Shown here piece by piece: positions 18,968 through 27,160 of a DNA stretch of 64,000 bases. The stretch comes from Pseudomonadota bacterium. GTDB taxonomy: Bacteria > Pseudomonadota > Gammaproteobacteria > Burkholderiales > SG8-39. Made by a program: the position numbers and the translations under genes. Each line of letters opens with the position of its first letter. Within the stretch, counting starts at the first letter, position 1. Where the stretch lies: NCBI GenBank assembly GCA_025356665.1, contig JANXRV010000123.1:8113-72112 (forward strand), in the 5' to 3' direction. The notes below the pieces were generated by a model, which had not been told where the DNA came from, made no database searches, and saw nothing but the letters and a program-made list of their open reading frames with translations.

Positions 18968-19687
18968 CTACAAGCCGAGATAAGCCTGGCGCACCCGCGG
19001 GTCGTTGCCCAGTTCGTCGGTGCCGCCATGCATGGCGACCTTGCCGGTCTCGATGACGTAGGCGCGGTCGGCGAGGTCGAAGGCGGTGAAGACGTCCTGC
19101 TCTACCACCAGGATGGCGAGGCCCTTCTTGTTGATGGCGGTCAGCGATTCGCTCAGCAACTCCACGGCGCGCGGGGCGAGCCCCAGCGACAACTCGTCTA
19201 TCATCAAGAGCTGCGGGCGCGACATGATGCCGCGGCCGATGGCGCACATTTGCTGTTCGCCGCCTGAGAGCGTGGTGGCGTCCTGGCTTTCGCGTTCTTT
19301 GAGGCGCGGGAACATCGTGAACACCTCCTCGAGGTCGCGGGCGATTTCGGCGCGGCCGGCGTTGCGGCTGTAGGCGCCGATCAGCAGGTTGTCGCGCACC
19401 GACATGCCGCGAAACAGCCGGCGGCCCTCGGGCACGTGGGCGATGCCGGCGGCGAGTACCGCGTCAGGATCGGCACCGGTGACTGTTTTGCCGCCAAAGC
19501 TGATAAGGCCGCCGGTGGCGCGCACCAGGCCGGAGATGGTGCGCAGCAGTGTCGATTTGCCCGCGCCGTTGGAGCCGACGATGCAGGTTATCTCGCCTGG
19601 CCGCACCTCAAGGTCTATGCCCCAGAGCACCTGCACGTCGCCGTAGCCGGCGGTGAGGCCTTCGATTTTCAGCAAGGGGGCGGTCAT
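18968..19687 (-). CDS. livF: Branched-chain amino acid-type ABC transporter ATPase (LivF-like)
   Basis: GSNGAGKST, HVPEGRRLF, LSGGEQQM and DELSLGLAP motifs. Confidence 0.93.
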   Translation of the reverse strand: MTAPLLKIEGLTAGYGDVQVLWGIDLEVRPGEITCIVGSNGAGKSTLLRTISGLVRATGGLISFGGKTVTGADPDAVLAAGIAHVPEGRRLFRGMSVRDNLLIGAYSRNAGRAEIARDLEEVFTMFPRLKERESQDATTLSGGEQQMCAIGRGIMSRPQLLMIDELSLGLAPRAVELLSESLTAINKKGLAILVVEQDVFTAFDLADRAYVIETGKVAMHGGTDELGNDPRVRQAYLGL

Positions 19688-20484
19688 GGTGCGGTTCCGG
19701 CCAGTTGCTTTTGTCTTGCGGCGAACTTGCTGCCAAGGTAGGCCTCGATCACTTTCGGGTCGTTGACCACCGACTGCGGATCACCGGAGCTGATGAGTTC
19801 GCCGTGATGCAGCACGAGTATGCGTTGCGACAGTGACAGCACCACCTTCATCAGGTGTTCGATGATGATGATGGTGACGCCGCGTGCGGCGATGGCGCGG
19901 ATGAGCGTGAGCGCCTGGTCGATCTCCGATGTGTTGAGTCCGGCGTTCACTTCGTCGAGCAACAGCACCTTGGGTTTCATGGCGAGGCTTTTGGCAAGTT
20001 CGAGGCGCTTGCGCGATGGCAGGGTGAGGGAAGCGGCGGGGCGGCGCGCGAGGTCGGCCAGACCGACGAACTCAAGATGCGACAGCGCGTCAGCCTCGGC
20101 CTGCGCGCGGCTGCCCGCGGCGCCGGCAAATAGCGAACCGGCGACGACGTTCTCGAGCACCGTCATGGCCGGGAAGGGCTGCACGATCTGGAAGGTGCGT
20201 GCCAGGCCGCGTCGTGCCGCCTGGAAAGGCCGCTGGTTTGTCACATCATCGCCGCGATAGACCACGCTGCCGCTGCTGGCCGGAAAAACGCCGGTAATGA
20301 GATTGACGAGTGTGGTCTTGCCCGCGCCGTTGGGGCCGATGAGGCCGACGATCTCGCCCTCGTTCAGCGTGAAGGACACGTCCTTGACCGCCTGTATGCC
20401 GCCAAAGGACTTGGATAGGCGGTCAACTTTGAGCAGGACTTCACCCGAGCCACCCGAGCTAACTGAACTAACGGCGCCGCTCAT
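19684..20484 (-). CDS. livG: Branched-chain amino acid-type ABC transporter ATPase (LivG-like)
   Basis: GPNGAGKTT, GLARTFQ, LLDEVNAGL and VIEAYLG motifs; ATG at 20484 coupled to the livM stop. Confidence 0.93.
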   Translation of the reverse strand: MSGAVSSVSSGGSGEVLLKVDRLSKSFGGIQAVKDVSFTLNEGEIVGLIGPNGAGKTTLVNLITGVFPASSGSVVYRGDDVTNQRPFQAARRGLARTFQIVQPFPAMTVLENVVAGSLFAGAAGSRAQAEADALSHLEFVGLADLARRPAASLTLPSRKRLELAKSLAMKPKVLLLDEVNAGLNTSEIDQALTLIRAIAARGVTIIIIEHLMKVVLSLSQRILVLHHGELISSGDPQSVVNDPKVIEAYLGSKFAARQKQLAGTAP

Positions 20485-21413
20485 GCCGCACCCTTGCGCC
20501 AGCGCAGGCGTAGCAGGCCACCGGGCAGGAAAAAGATCAGCACCACGATGACCAAACCGAGCACGCCCTGGTTGTAATCGAGGAATTTCGCCCAGATGGT
20601 CTCTTCCATCAGCACGAACAGCGCCGAACCGACCACCGGTCCGAACACCGTGCCCGGGCCGCCCAGCAGCACCATCACCGGCGCCTTGAGCGTGAGCAGT
20701 ATCGAGAACGAGTCGGTGGGCGAGATATAGGCTACCCAGGACGAGTAGGCCGCGCCCACGGCGCCGCAGAACACCGCCGAGAGGACAAAAGCGTAGATCT
20801 TGTAGCGCGTGGTGTCTATGCCCACCATGTCTGCGGCATCCTCGTTTTGCTGGATGCAGCGCAGGCCGAAGCCGAGCTTGCCCTTGTCGACCAGCACGGT
20901 GGCGACAAAGGCGAGCAGCATGATGACGATCATGGTGTAGAGGAAGACCCGTCCGATGAAGTCCGGGCCGCCGGCGAGGAACTTGACGTTGAGACCCTCG
21001 CCGCCGCCGGTGAGGCTCGACCACGAGGAGGCAAGCTGCGACAACACCTCTACGATAGCGATCGAACCGATGGCGAAGTAATGGCCCTTCATGCGCAATA
21101 TGATGAGGCCGATGATTGCCGCGAACAGTGCGACCACTGCGGCGCCGCCCAGCCAGGCGAGCGGCAGCAGCGCACCCGAGACCCCGGCGTTTTGCAGCAG
21201 CGCGCCCGAATACGAGCCGAGGCCGACAACGGCCGCGGTGGCAAACGACGGGTAGCCGGTAAAGCCGCCGATGAAGTTCCACGACAGCGCGATGGCACCG
21301 TACATGGCGAGGAAGGTGGCGATCTTGACGATGTAGTTGCTGGCCACCCAGGGCGTGGAAGCGAGGGCGAGCACCCAGAGGGCGAACAGGATGTAGGGCA
21401 GGCGCGCTTTCAT
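20481..21413 (-). CDS. livM: ABC transporter permease (LivM-like)
   Basis: SWNFIGGFTGY, LRMKGHYFAI, LTGGGEG and VLLGGPGT motifs. Confidence 0.92.
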   Translation of the reverse strand: MKARLPYILFALWVLALASTPWVASNYIVKIATFLAMYGAIALSWNFIGGFTGYPSFATAAVVGLGSYSGALLQNAGVSGALLPLAWLGGAAVVALFAAIIGLIILRMKGHYFAIGSIAIVEVLSQLASSWSSLTGGGEGLNVKFLAGGPDFIGRVFLYTMIVIMLLAFVATVLVDKGKLGFGLRCIQQNEDAADMVGIDTTRYKIYAFVLSAVFCGAVGAAYSSWVAYISPTDSFSILLTLKAPVMVLLGGPGTVFGPVVGSALFVLMEETIWAKFLDYNQGVLGLVIVVLIFFLPGGLLRLRWRKGAA

Positions 21414-22270
21414 TCGTAGCCCTTCTTGCCCATCAGGCCGGTCGGGCGCACCACCAGCAGCACCAGCATGATGACAAAACCAATGAGGATGGCGTTTTGC
21501 GGGCCCCACCAGTGGCCGGCAAAGCTCTCGATTACGCCGAGGGCCAGCCCGCCTACCAGCGCGCCGGGCACCGTGCCGAGGCCGCCGATGACGCAAATGA
21601 CAAAGGCCTTGCCAAGGAATAATCCGGTGACGCTGGTGGTGATGGGGAATACCACCGACACCAGCGCGCCGCAGGCGCCGGCCATGAAGGCGCCGAGGCC
21701 GAAGGTGATGGCGTAGACCTTGTTGACCTTGATACCCATCAGCGCCGCGGCATCGCGGTCCATGCGCACGGCGACAATGGCGCGGCCGGTGCGCGAGGTG
21801 CGCAGGATCAGGTACAAGATACCGGTAAGGGCAAGGGCGAGCACCATGGCGGCGACACGGTCGAGGGACATGATCACGCCGCCGATATCAATGCGCCCCA
21901 GGTCAAGCACCACGCGCCGCGGCGTGGCGGTGAAGGCGATGTTCATGGCGTTGTACAGGATCATGTCCAGGCCGAAGGTGAGCGTCAGCGTGGTGAGTAC
22001 CGGGCGCATGATGACGCGGTTGATGACGCCGTACTGGATCATGTAGCCGAGCAGGAACAGCAGCATGGCGATAGGCAGCATCATCACGAAGGGATTGATC
22101 CCCAGGTGCAGCCAGGCGAAAAATGCGATGTAGCCGCCAAGGATGATGAAGGCGCCGTGCATCATGTTGATGACGTTGAGCACGCCCCAGACGAGCGAAA
22201 AACCGACCGCGATGCACGCGTACAGCGCGCCCAGCATCAGGCCGTTGGCGAGGACTTGACCGTATACCAT
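21410..22270 (-). CDS. livH: ABC transporter permease (LivH-like)
   Basis: NGLMLGALY, INMMHG, GRAIVA and RPTGLMG motifs. Confidence 0.93.
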   Translation of the reverse strand: MVYGQVLANGLMLGALYACIAVGFSLVWGVLNVINMMHGAFIILGGYIAFFAWLHLGINPFVMMLPIAMLLFLLGYMIQYGVINRVIMRPVLTTLTLTFGLDMILYNAMNIAFTATPRRVVLDLGRIDIGGVIMSLDRVAAMVLALALTGILYLILRTSRTGRAIVAVRMDRDAAALMGIKVNKVYAITFGLGAFMAGACGALVSVVFPITTSVTGLFLGKAFVICVIGGLGTVPGALVGGLALGVIESFAGHWWGPQNAILIGFVIMLVLLVVRPTGLMGKKGYE

Positions 22271-22339
22271 GGGTTTTTCTGTGTAGGGATCGTACGTGAA
22301 TAAACTCTACTGCTGCGAAAAGGCTGCCGTGTAAAACAA

Positions 22340-22366
22340 CATGGGCGGCGCGACGCACCGCCCATG
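22340..22366 (-). terminator. Intercistronic hairpin after the binding-protein gene
   Basis: catgggcgg-N9-ccgcccatg stem; the minus strand continues TTGTTTT. Confidence 0.5.
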
Positions 22367-22380
22367 CCTGGCAAAGGAAA

Positions 22381-23580
22381 TTACTTGACCGCCTGCAGCG
22401 CGCTCTGCTTAACGCTGTCCGGGAACACCATCACAACCTTGCCGCCCTGCACCTGGATGATGGGCAGCACGCGCGTGCCGTTCATGCCGTTGGGGCCGAA
22501 CTTGATCGGGCCGTAGAAGGTCATGATATCGAGCGATGCGAGCGCATCGCGCACCTTGGCCTTGTCGATGGTGCCGGCCTTTTCGATGGCTTTTTGCAGC
22601 GCCACCAGGCAGGCGGCCGAGGAGGCGTGCACGTAGTCCGGGTCGGCCTTTTCGCGCGCGACGAACTCGTCGTAGAAGGCCTTGGTCGAGCCCCACGGAT
22701 CGTCACCCTTGAATTGCGCGCCGTGGTACCACCAGGTCGCGCTGGTGATGCCTTCGGCAAGCGGGCCGACGGCGTCGATGTATTCCTTGTAGACCGGGCC
22801 GGTGATCATGGTGACGACCGGCGCCTTGAGGTTAAGGTCGGCCATTTGTTTGCGCGCAAGCACCAAATCCTTGCTGTAACCGGTGATGTAAATCCAGTCC
22901 GGGTTGAGCGATTTGATCTTGGCGATGGGCGTGGCGAGGTCAAGCGCGCCGACAGGGTAGAACTCCATCGACACCACCTGCAGGCCGGCTTTTTTGGCCG
23001 AGTCGTCCATGATGGTGGCCATGGACTTGGGGAACACGTCCTCGCGGCCGAGGATGGCGATCTTTTTAACTTTGGGGAACTCCTTGGTCACCACGGTGAG
23101 CAGGTTGTCGATGCTGCCGCCGTTCGGGGCCAGCGTGCCAAACAGGTATTTGTAGCCCTGGTTGAAAATCGACTCCGAGGAGGCGCTGGTAGCGAGGACC
23201 GGCACGCCGTAGCGCTCGGCCACGCCGGCCACGACCTTGGTGTGTCCCGAACCGAAGGGGGCGAGGAGGAAATCAACTTTGTCATCGACGATCAGCTTTT
23301 CCGCGAGTTGCTGCACGCGCTGCTCGTTGGTCTGGTAGTCGTACTGGATGATTTCGACGCGCATTTTCTTGCCGCCGACGCTGATGCCGCCCTGCGCGTT
23401 GACGCGCTTCAACCACATGTCATAGGCGATCTGCTGTTTCTTGCCCTCATCGGCGAGACCGCCGGTGAGCGCCAGCGGCGCGCCGATCTTGATCGTCTGG
23501 GCCTGTGCTACGCCGGCGACAAGGCCGACGGAGACCAACAGCGCCGAGGCGAACTGTGTAATTGCCTTCAATTGTTTCAT
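22381..23580 (-). CDS. Periplasmic binding protein, LivK/type I family
   Basis: Signal peptide ending AQA, IKIGAPLALTG, VNAQGGI and TFYGPIKF; first gene of the Liv-type operon. Confidence 0.92.
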   Translation of the reverse strand: MKQLKAITQFASALLVSVGLVAGVAQAQTIKIGAPLALTGGLADEGKKQQIAYDMWLKRVNAQGGISVGGKKMRVEIIQYDYQTNEQRVQQLAEKLIVDDKVDFLLAPFGSGHTKVVAGVAERYGVPVLATSASSESIFNQGYKYLFGTLAPNGGSIDNLLTVVTKEFPKVKKIAILGREDVFPKSMATIMDDSAKKAGLQVVSMEFYPVGALDLATPIAKIKSLNPDWIYITGYSKDLVLARKQMADLNLKAPVVTMITGPVYKEYIDAVGPLAEGITSATWWYHGAQFKGDDPWGSTKAFYDEFVAREKADPDYVHASSAACLVALQKAIEKAGTIDKAKVRDALASLDIMTFYGPIKFGPNGMNGTRVLPIIQVQGGKVVMVFPDSVKQSALQAVK

Positions 23581-23601
23581 GGTGCCCTCCCGAGTTAGGT
23601 C

Positions 23602-23630
23602 GTTATTGTACTAACAAGTATACTAACAAT
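23602..23630. promoter_or_regulatory. Tandem putative MarR operators (GTTATTGTACTAAC and ACAAGTATACTAAC)
   Basis: Matches 8150-8165; begins about 20 bp upstream of the binding-protein start codon. Confidence 0.6.
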
Positions 23631-23649
23631 TTTCTGCGCAAGGTGCAGC

Positions 23650-23777
23650 AAAAGGCGTCGAGAATATTGAAAATCGCAATGTCGGCCAATTGGCCCGCTT
23701 GCAGCGAACCGGTATCGGCCTCCAGCCCCGGCGCCCGTGACAATTCAGTCGGCGTTGCGGATCAGGATGCGGCTCAA
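23650..23777 (-). pseudogene. Collapsed amidohydrolase remnant (N-terminal and C-terminal segments only)
   Basis: Reads LSRILIRNAD*IVTGA, then after a frameshift GLEADTGSLQAGQLADIAIFNILD. Confidence 0.6.
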
Positions 23778-23803
23778 GTGTCCGGTGTCCGACCTTCGCT
23801 TCT

Positions 23804-23837
23804 GGGTGGATGAGGCAATCGGGTGGATGAGGCAATC
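23804..23837. repeat. Perfect 17-bp tandem duplication
   Basis: gggtggatgaggcaatc twice. Confidence 0.95.
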
Positions 23838-23883
23838 ATCAAAGGCATCCAGTATCCGCAATGCCGCAGGGGCATGGCAAACA

Positions 23884-24058
23884 TTTTTGCATCGCGGCGT
23901 AGAGTGCGGCGCAGGGCAGTAGTGGCGCTCTTCTGCAAGCGGCGCGGGTTTTGCCTAATGTAGGGCGGTACGGCGCTACGGCGCTACGGCGCGCTGCGCA
24001 TTTGCCCGAAGAGGTCATCGTGCGCGTGCCGGTCAGGCAAGAGGTGCTGTTGTTTCCA
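23884..24058 (+). mobile_element. Degenerate IS91-family transposase fragment (zinc-binding region)
   Basis: Across frameshifts: FLHRGVECGA / VALFCKRRGFCLM*G / AAHLPEEVIVRVPVRQEVLLFP. This resembles the IS91-type consensus VAFSCKRRGFCPSCG...AAHLVDEVIPRVPVRQWVLSFP. Confidence 0.72.
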
Positions 24059-24251
24059 ATGTACAATAAAAGCTTGGAGAAAAAGGTGGTTTGAATTCTC
24101 TACGCGCGCACTGATTGTCGACCACCGGGGAAGCGCAGAGGCCCTCCTGCCGAGACGGCTCGTAACTTTATGTACGAGCCGGTAAGGTGATACGGCTACC
24201 TACCGATCGGCGCACAGCCGCTTTAAGTTCATTACGGAATAGGGACTATGC

Positions 24252-25229
24252 ATGAAGGCTGCTGTCATCGAACGCCAGGGTGGCCTGGAAAATCTGGTCT
24301 ATCGGGACTGGCCAGACCCTGAGCCGCGATCCGGCGAGGTAGTGGTCCGGATTCGCGGGTGCGGCCTGAACCACCTGGATATTTTTGTCCGCCGCGGCAT
24401 GCCGGGGTTTCCGGTGCCGACCCCCTTCATTTCAGGCGGCGATATGGCGGGTGAAATCGCCCTCCTCGGTCCAGGGGTGACCGGTTGGGCGACTGGCGAC
24501 CGCGTCGCGCTGCATCCGGTCACGCACGAGGGCATGATGGGCGAGGAGATCCCCGGGGGCATGGCCGAGTACGTTCGCGTGCCTACCGAGAACCTGATCC
24601 GACTTGCCCCGCACGTTGATTTTGTCACCGCAGCCGCGGTACCGATTGCTTACGGCACCGCAATCCGCATGCTCTTTGAAATCGGTTCGGTAAAAGCCGG
24701 CGACCTGGTCCTCATCCTTGGAGCCAGCGGCGGCGTCGGCATTGCCTGCCTTCAACTATGCAAGATGATCGGGGCCACCGTCATCGCCGCCGCCGGATCG
24801 GCGGAAAAATGCCGGCGCCTTGCCGAATTGGGCGCCGACCATACGATCGACTATGTGAAAGAGGATTTCAGCAAGGCCGCCTGGCTGCTGTCCGGGAAAA
24901 AAGGCGTCGATGTCGTGGTGAACTATACCGGGGGGGACACCTGGAACCCGTCACTGCGCGCCCTCAAGCCCCGCGGGAAACTGCTCACCTGCGGTGCGAC
25001 CGCAGGCTACGAGACGCAAAATGACATGCGCCTGCTATGGGTGCGTGAACTGCAACTGCTCGGATCAAACGGCTATTCCAAGGCCGATGTTGCGGCCGGC
25101 CTGGACCACGTGGCCCAAGGACGATGCAAGCCCGAAGTAAGCCGCGTCATGCCCTTGTCTGAAGCGCGCGAGGCCGAGCGACTGATCGAGTCAAGAGACT
25201 TCATCGGCAAGATTGTCCTGGTGCCCTGA
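24252..25229 (+). CDS. MDR-family (zinc-binding dehydrogenase / quinone oxidoreductase-like) NAD(P)H oxidoreductase
   Basis: LNHLDIFVRRG, GGDMAGE, GASGGVG, TCGATAG and GKIVL motifs. Confidence 0.9.
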   Translation: MKAAVIERQGGLENLVYRDWPDPEPRSGEVVVRIRGCGLNHLDIFVRRGMPGFPVPTPFISGGDMAGEIALLGPGVTGWATGDRVALHPVTHEGMMGEEIPGGMAEYVRVPTENLIRLAPHVDFVTAAAVPIAYGTAIRMLFEIGSVKAGDLVLILGASGGVGIACLQLCKMIGATVIAAAGSAEKCRRLAELGADHTIDYVKEDFSKAAWLLSGKKGVDVVVNYTGGDTWNPSLRALKPRGKLLTCGATAGYETQNDMRLLWVRELQLLGSNGYSKADVAAGLDHVAQGRCKPEVSRVMPLSEAREAERLIESRDFIGKIVLVP

Positions 25230-25261
25230 ACCAAGACACCAAGACACCAAGACACCAAGAC
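25230..25261. repeat. 8-bp tandem repeat, 4 copies (accaagac)
   Basis: Lies directly after the MDR stop codon. Confidence 0.92.
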
Positions 25262-25299
25262 TAAGCGCTCTGCGGCCGCTTTCGCGACGGGCGCCCGCC

Positions 25300-26841
25300 T
25301 TATCCGCCGGCAAGCGTGGTGCGAATAAGCGCCTTGTCGGGTTTGCCCGCCAAACCAATCGGGATGGCATCGACGATCATGATTTTGCGCGGATGCGCAT
25401 AGGCCGGGCCGTTTGCGAGCGTACACGCCTTCAACGCCTCGACACCAACCGATGCGCCCGGCCGCAACACCACCATGGCGGCGGGCACGTAGCCCTTGAC
25501 CTCATGGGGGATGGGCACAACGCAGGCATCGGTGACGTCCTGGTGGTTAAGTAACAGGCTCTCCACCTCACGCGGATAGATGTTCTCCCCGCCGCAGCTG
25601 AACATGTCGTCAACGCGGCCGCGGAAAAAGAAAAAACCATCCGCATCGACGCGGAACAGGTCGCCGGTACGAAGCCAGCCCTCGACAATGCGTTCGCGCG
25701 TGAGTTCGGGCAGATTCTGGTAGCCGTCGGTGACGCATGGACTGCGCGTCCACAATTCGCCCTCTGGCGTGGTGTCACGTCCGTCGGCCGTCACCAGCTT
25801 CACCTCGTAGCCGCTGGCGATCAGCCCCGCGCTGCCCGCCGGCGTTTTGCGACCGTCGGTTGGCACGCGAAGCGGCCCGCCGGCTTCAGTCAGCCCGTAA
25901 CTCTCTTTTACCTTTACCCCGGGGAACAAACGTTCCAGGTTGCGCACAAGCTCGGTCGGCACCACCGCGGAGCCGATGACAAACAGTTTGAGCGCGCTGA
26001 AATCAAGCGATCGGATGAGGTCCTCGTGTTGAAGAATCATCGAAAAAATCGCCGGCACACCGCCGCAGAACGTCGTCTTCTCGCTTGAAAGCGCGGCGAG
26101 AAACGCCTTGGGCTCGTAACGCGGCAGCAGCACTGCGCGGGCCCCGGCAAACAGATTGGGCTTGATCGTTCCGCGCATGGCGTTCTTGTGGAACAGCGGC
26201 ACGGTCACAAGTCCCACTTCGCCAGTGCCGGTGGGCCAGGACGCCTCGGTTGAGCGAATGCTCCAGAGCATTCCGCTATGGGTCAGCCTCGCCCCCTTGG
26301 GCTTGCCGGTCGATCCGGCGGTGTACGGTTGAAACGCGATGCCATCGGGTGACAGCCGCGCCACCGCCTGGGGCAGGCCCGCGTCAAGCGCCGACGCATA
26401 GCCAACCCAGCCGGCTGGCGGCGACTGGTCGAGAATCACCCGGTGTCTCAAACCAAGCTTTTCGGCCAGGGCAAGCCCAAGCGGGCAGGCCTCGGGATCC
26501 AGGATCACCGCACTCGCTCCGGAATCGCGCAACATGAACTCCAGGTTCGCCTCGACCTGGCGCACATTCAGCGGAACGGCAACCAGGCCGGCGCGCATTA
26601 CCCCGAAGAACGCCTCCAGATATTCGCAGCGATTGCCCACAAGAATGGCGACGCGCTCCCCGGCTTGCATGCCAAGGGATTGCATCAGAGCGGCGACAGC
26701 CTGCGTGCGGCGTTCCAGTTCGGCATAGGTGAATACGCGACGCTGCGCGTCCCACAAGTCGACGATGGCGGTGTTTGCCGGCAGGCGCGCAGCGGTGCCT
26801 GCGGAAAAATAACCAAGATTGTCCTGAACGGCATCAACCAC
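25300..26841 (-). CDS. Class I adenylate-forming enzyme (acyl/aryl-CoA ligase)
   Basis: YTAGSTGKPKG, YGLTE, GWLRTGD, GRVDD..GGENIYP and GKPDK motifs; GTG start with GGAG RBS. Confidence 0.92.
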   Translation of the reverse strand: MVDAVQDNLGYFSAGTAARLPANTAIVDLWDAQRRVFTYAELERRTQAVAALMQSLGMQAGERVAILVGNRCEYLEAFFGVMRAGLVAVPLNVRQVEANLEFMLRDSGASAVILDPEACPLGLALAEKLGLRHRVILDQSPPAGWVGYASALDAGLPQAVARLSPDGIAFQPYTAGSTGKPKGARLTHSGMLWSIRSTEASWPTGTGEVGLVTVPLFHKNAMRGTIKPNLFAGARAVLLPRYEPKAFLAALSSEKTTFCGGVPAIFSMILQHEDLIRSLDFSALKLFVIGSAVVPTELVRNLERLFPGVKVKESYGLTEAGGPLRVPTDGRKTPAGSAGLIASGYEVKLVTADGRDTTPEGELWTRSPCVTDGYQNLPELTRERIVEGWLRTGDLFRVDADGFFFFRGRVDDMFSCGGENIYPREVESLLLNHQDVTDACVVPIPHEVKGYVPAAMVVLRPGASVGVEALKACTLANGPAYAHPRKIMIVDAIPIGLAGKPDKALIRTTLAGG

Positions 26842-27160
26842 CGGAATCTCCCTTAATCTTCTCTATGAGCCAATAGGCTTTCAGCGCCCTTGCGGCAGTC
26901 GCAATGCCACCGATTCGGAGGGCATCGCAACATGTTAGTATTTCGGCGGAACGTGAAGGCACGCGATGCGCACCTTAGCGGTTACCGGCCACCTGCTTTT
27001 CAATTCTGATTTTACGCCGGAAGCGTACGCGAAGACGACAATCCGGCACAACCCCAATAATGCCAGCGCCCACCCGATCCAGTTGCGCGACAGAACAATT
27101 CTCCACCAGAAACGGCTTCCCGTTCACGGCGGTCTGGCAGCACGGTGAAAGAATTACGCT

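Noticed and set aside
19684-21282. 532-aa LivM-LivG fusion
   Set aside because: The upstream part is an off-frame reading of livM; the real livG starts at ATG 20484.
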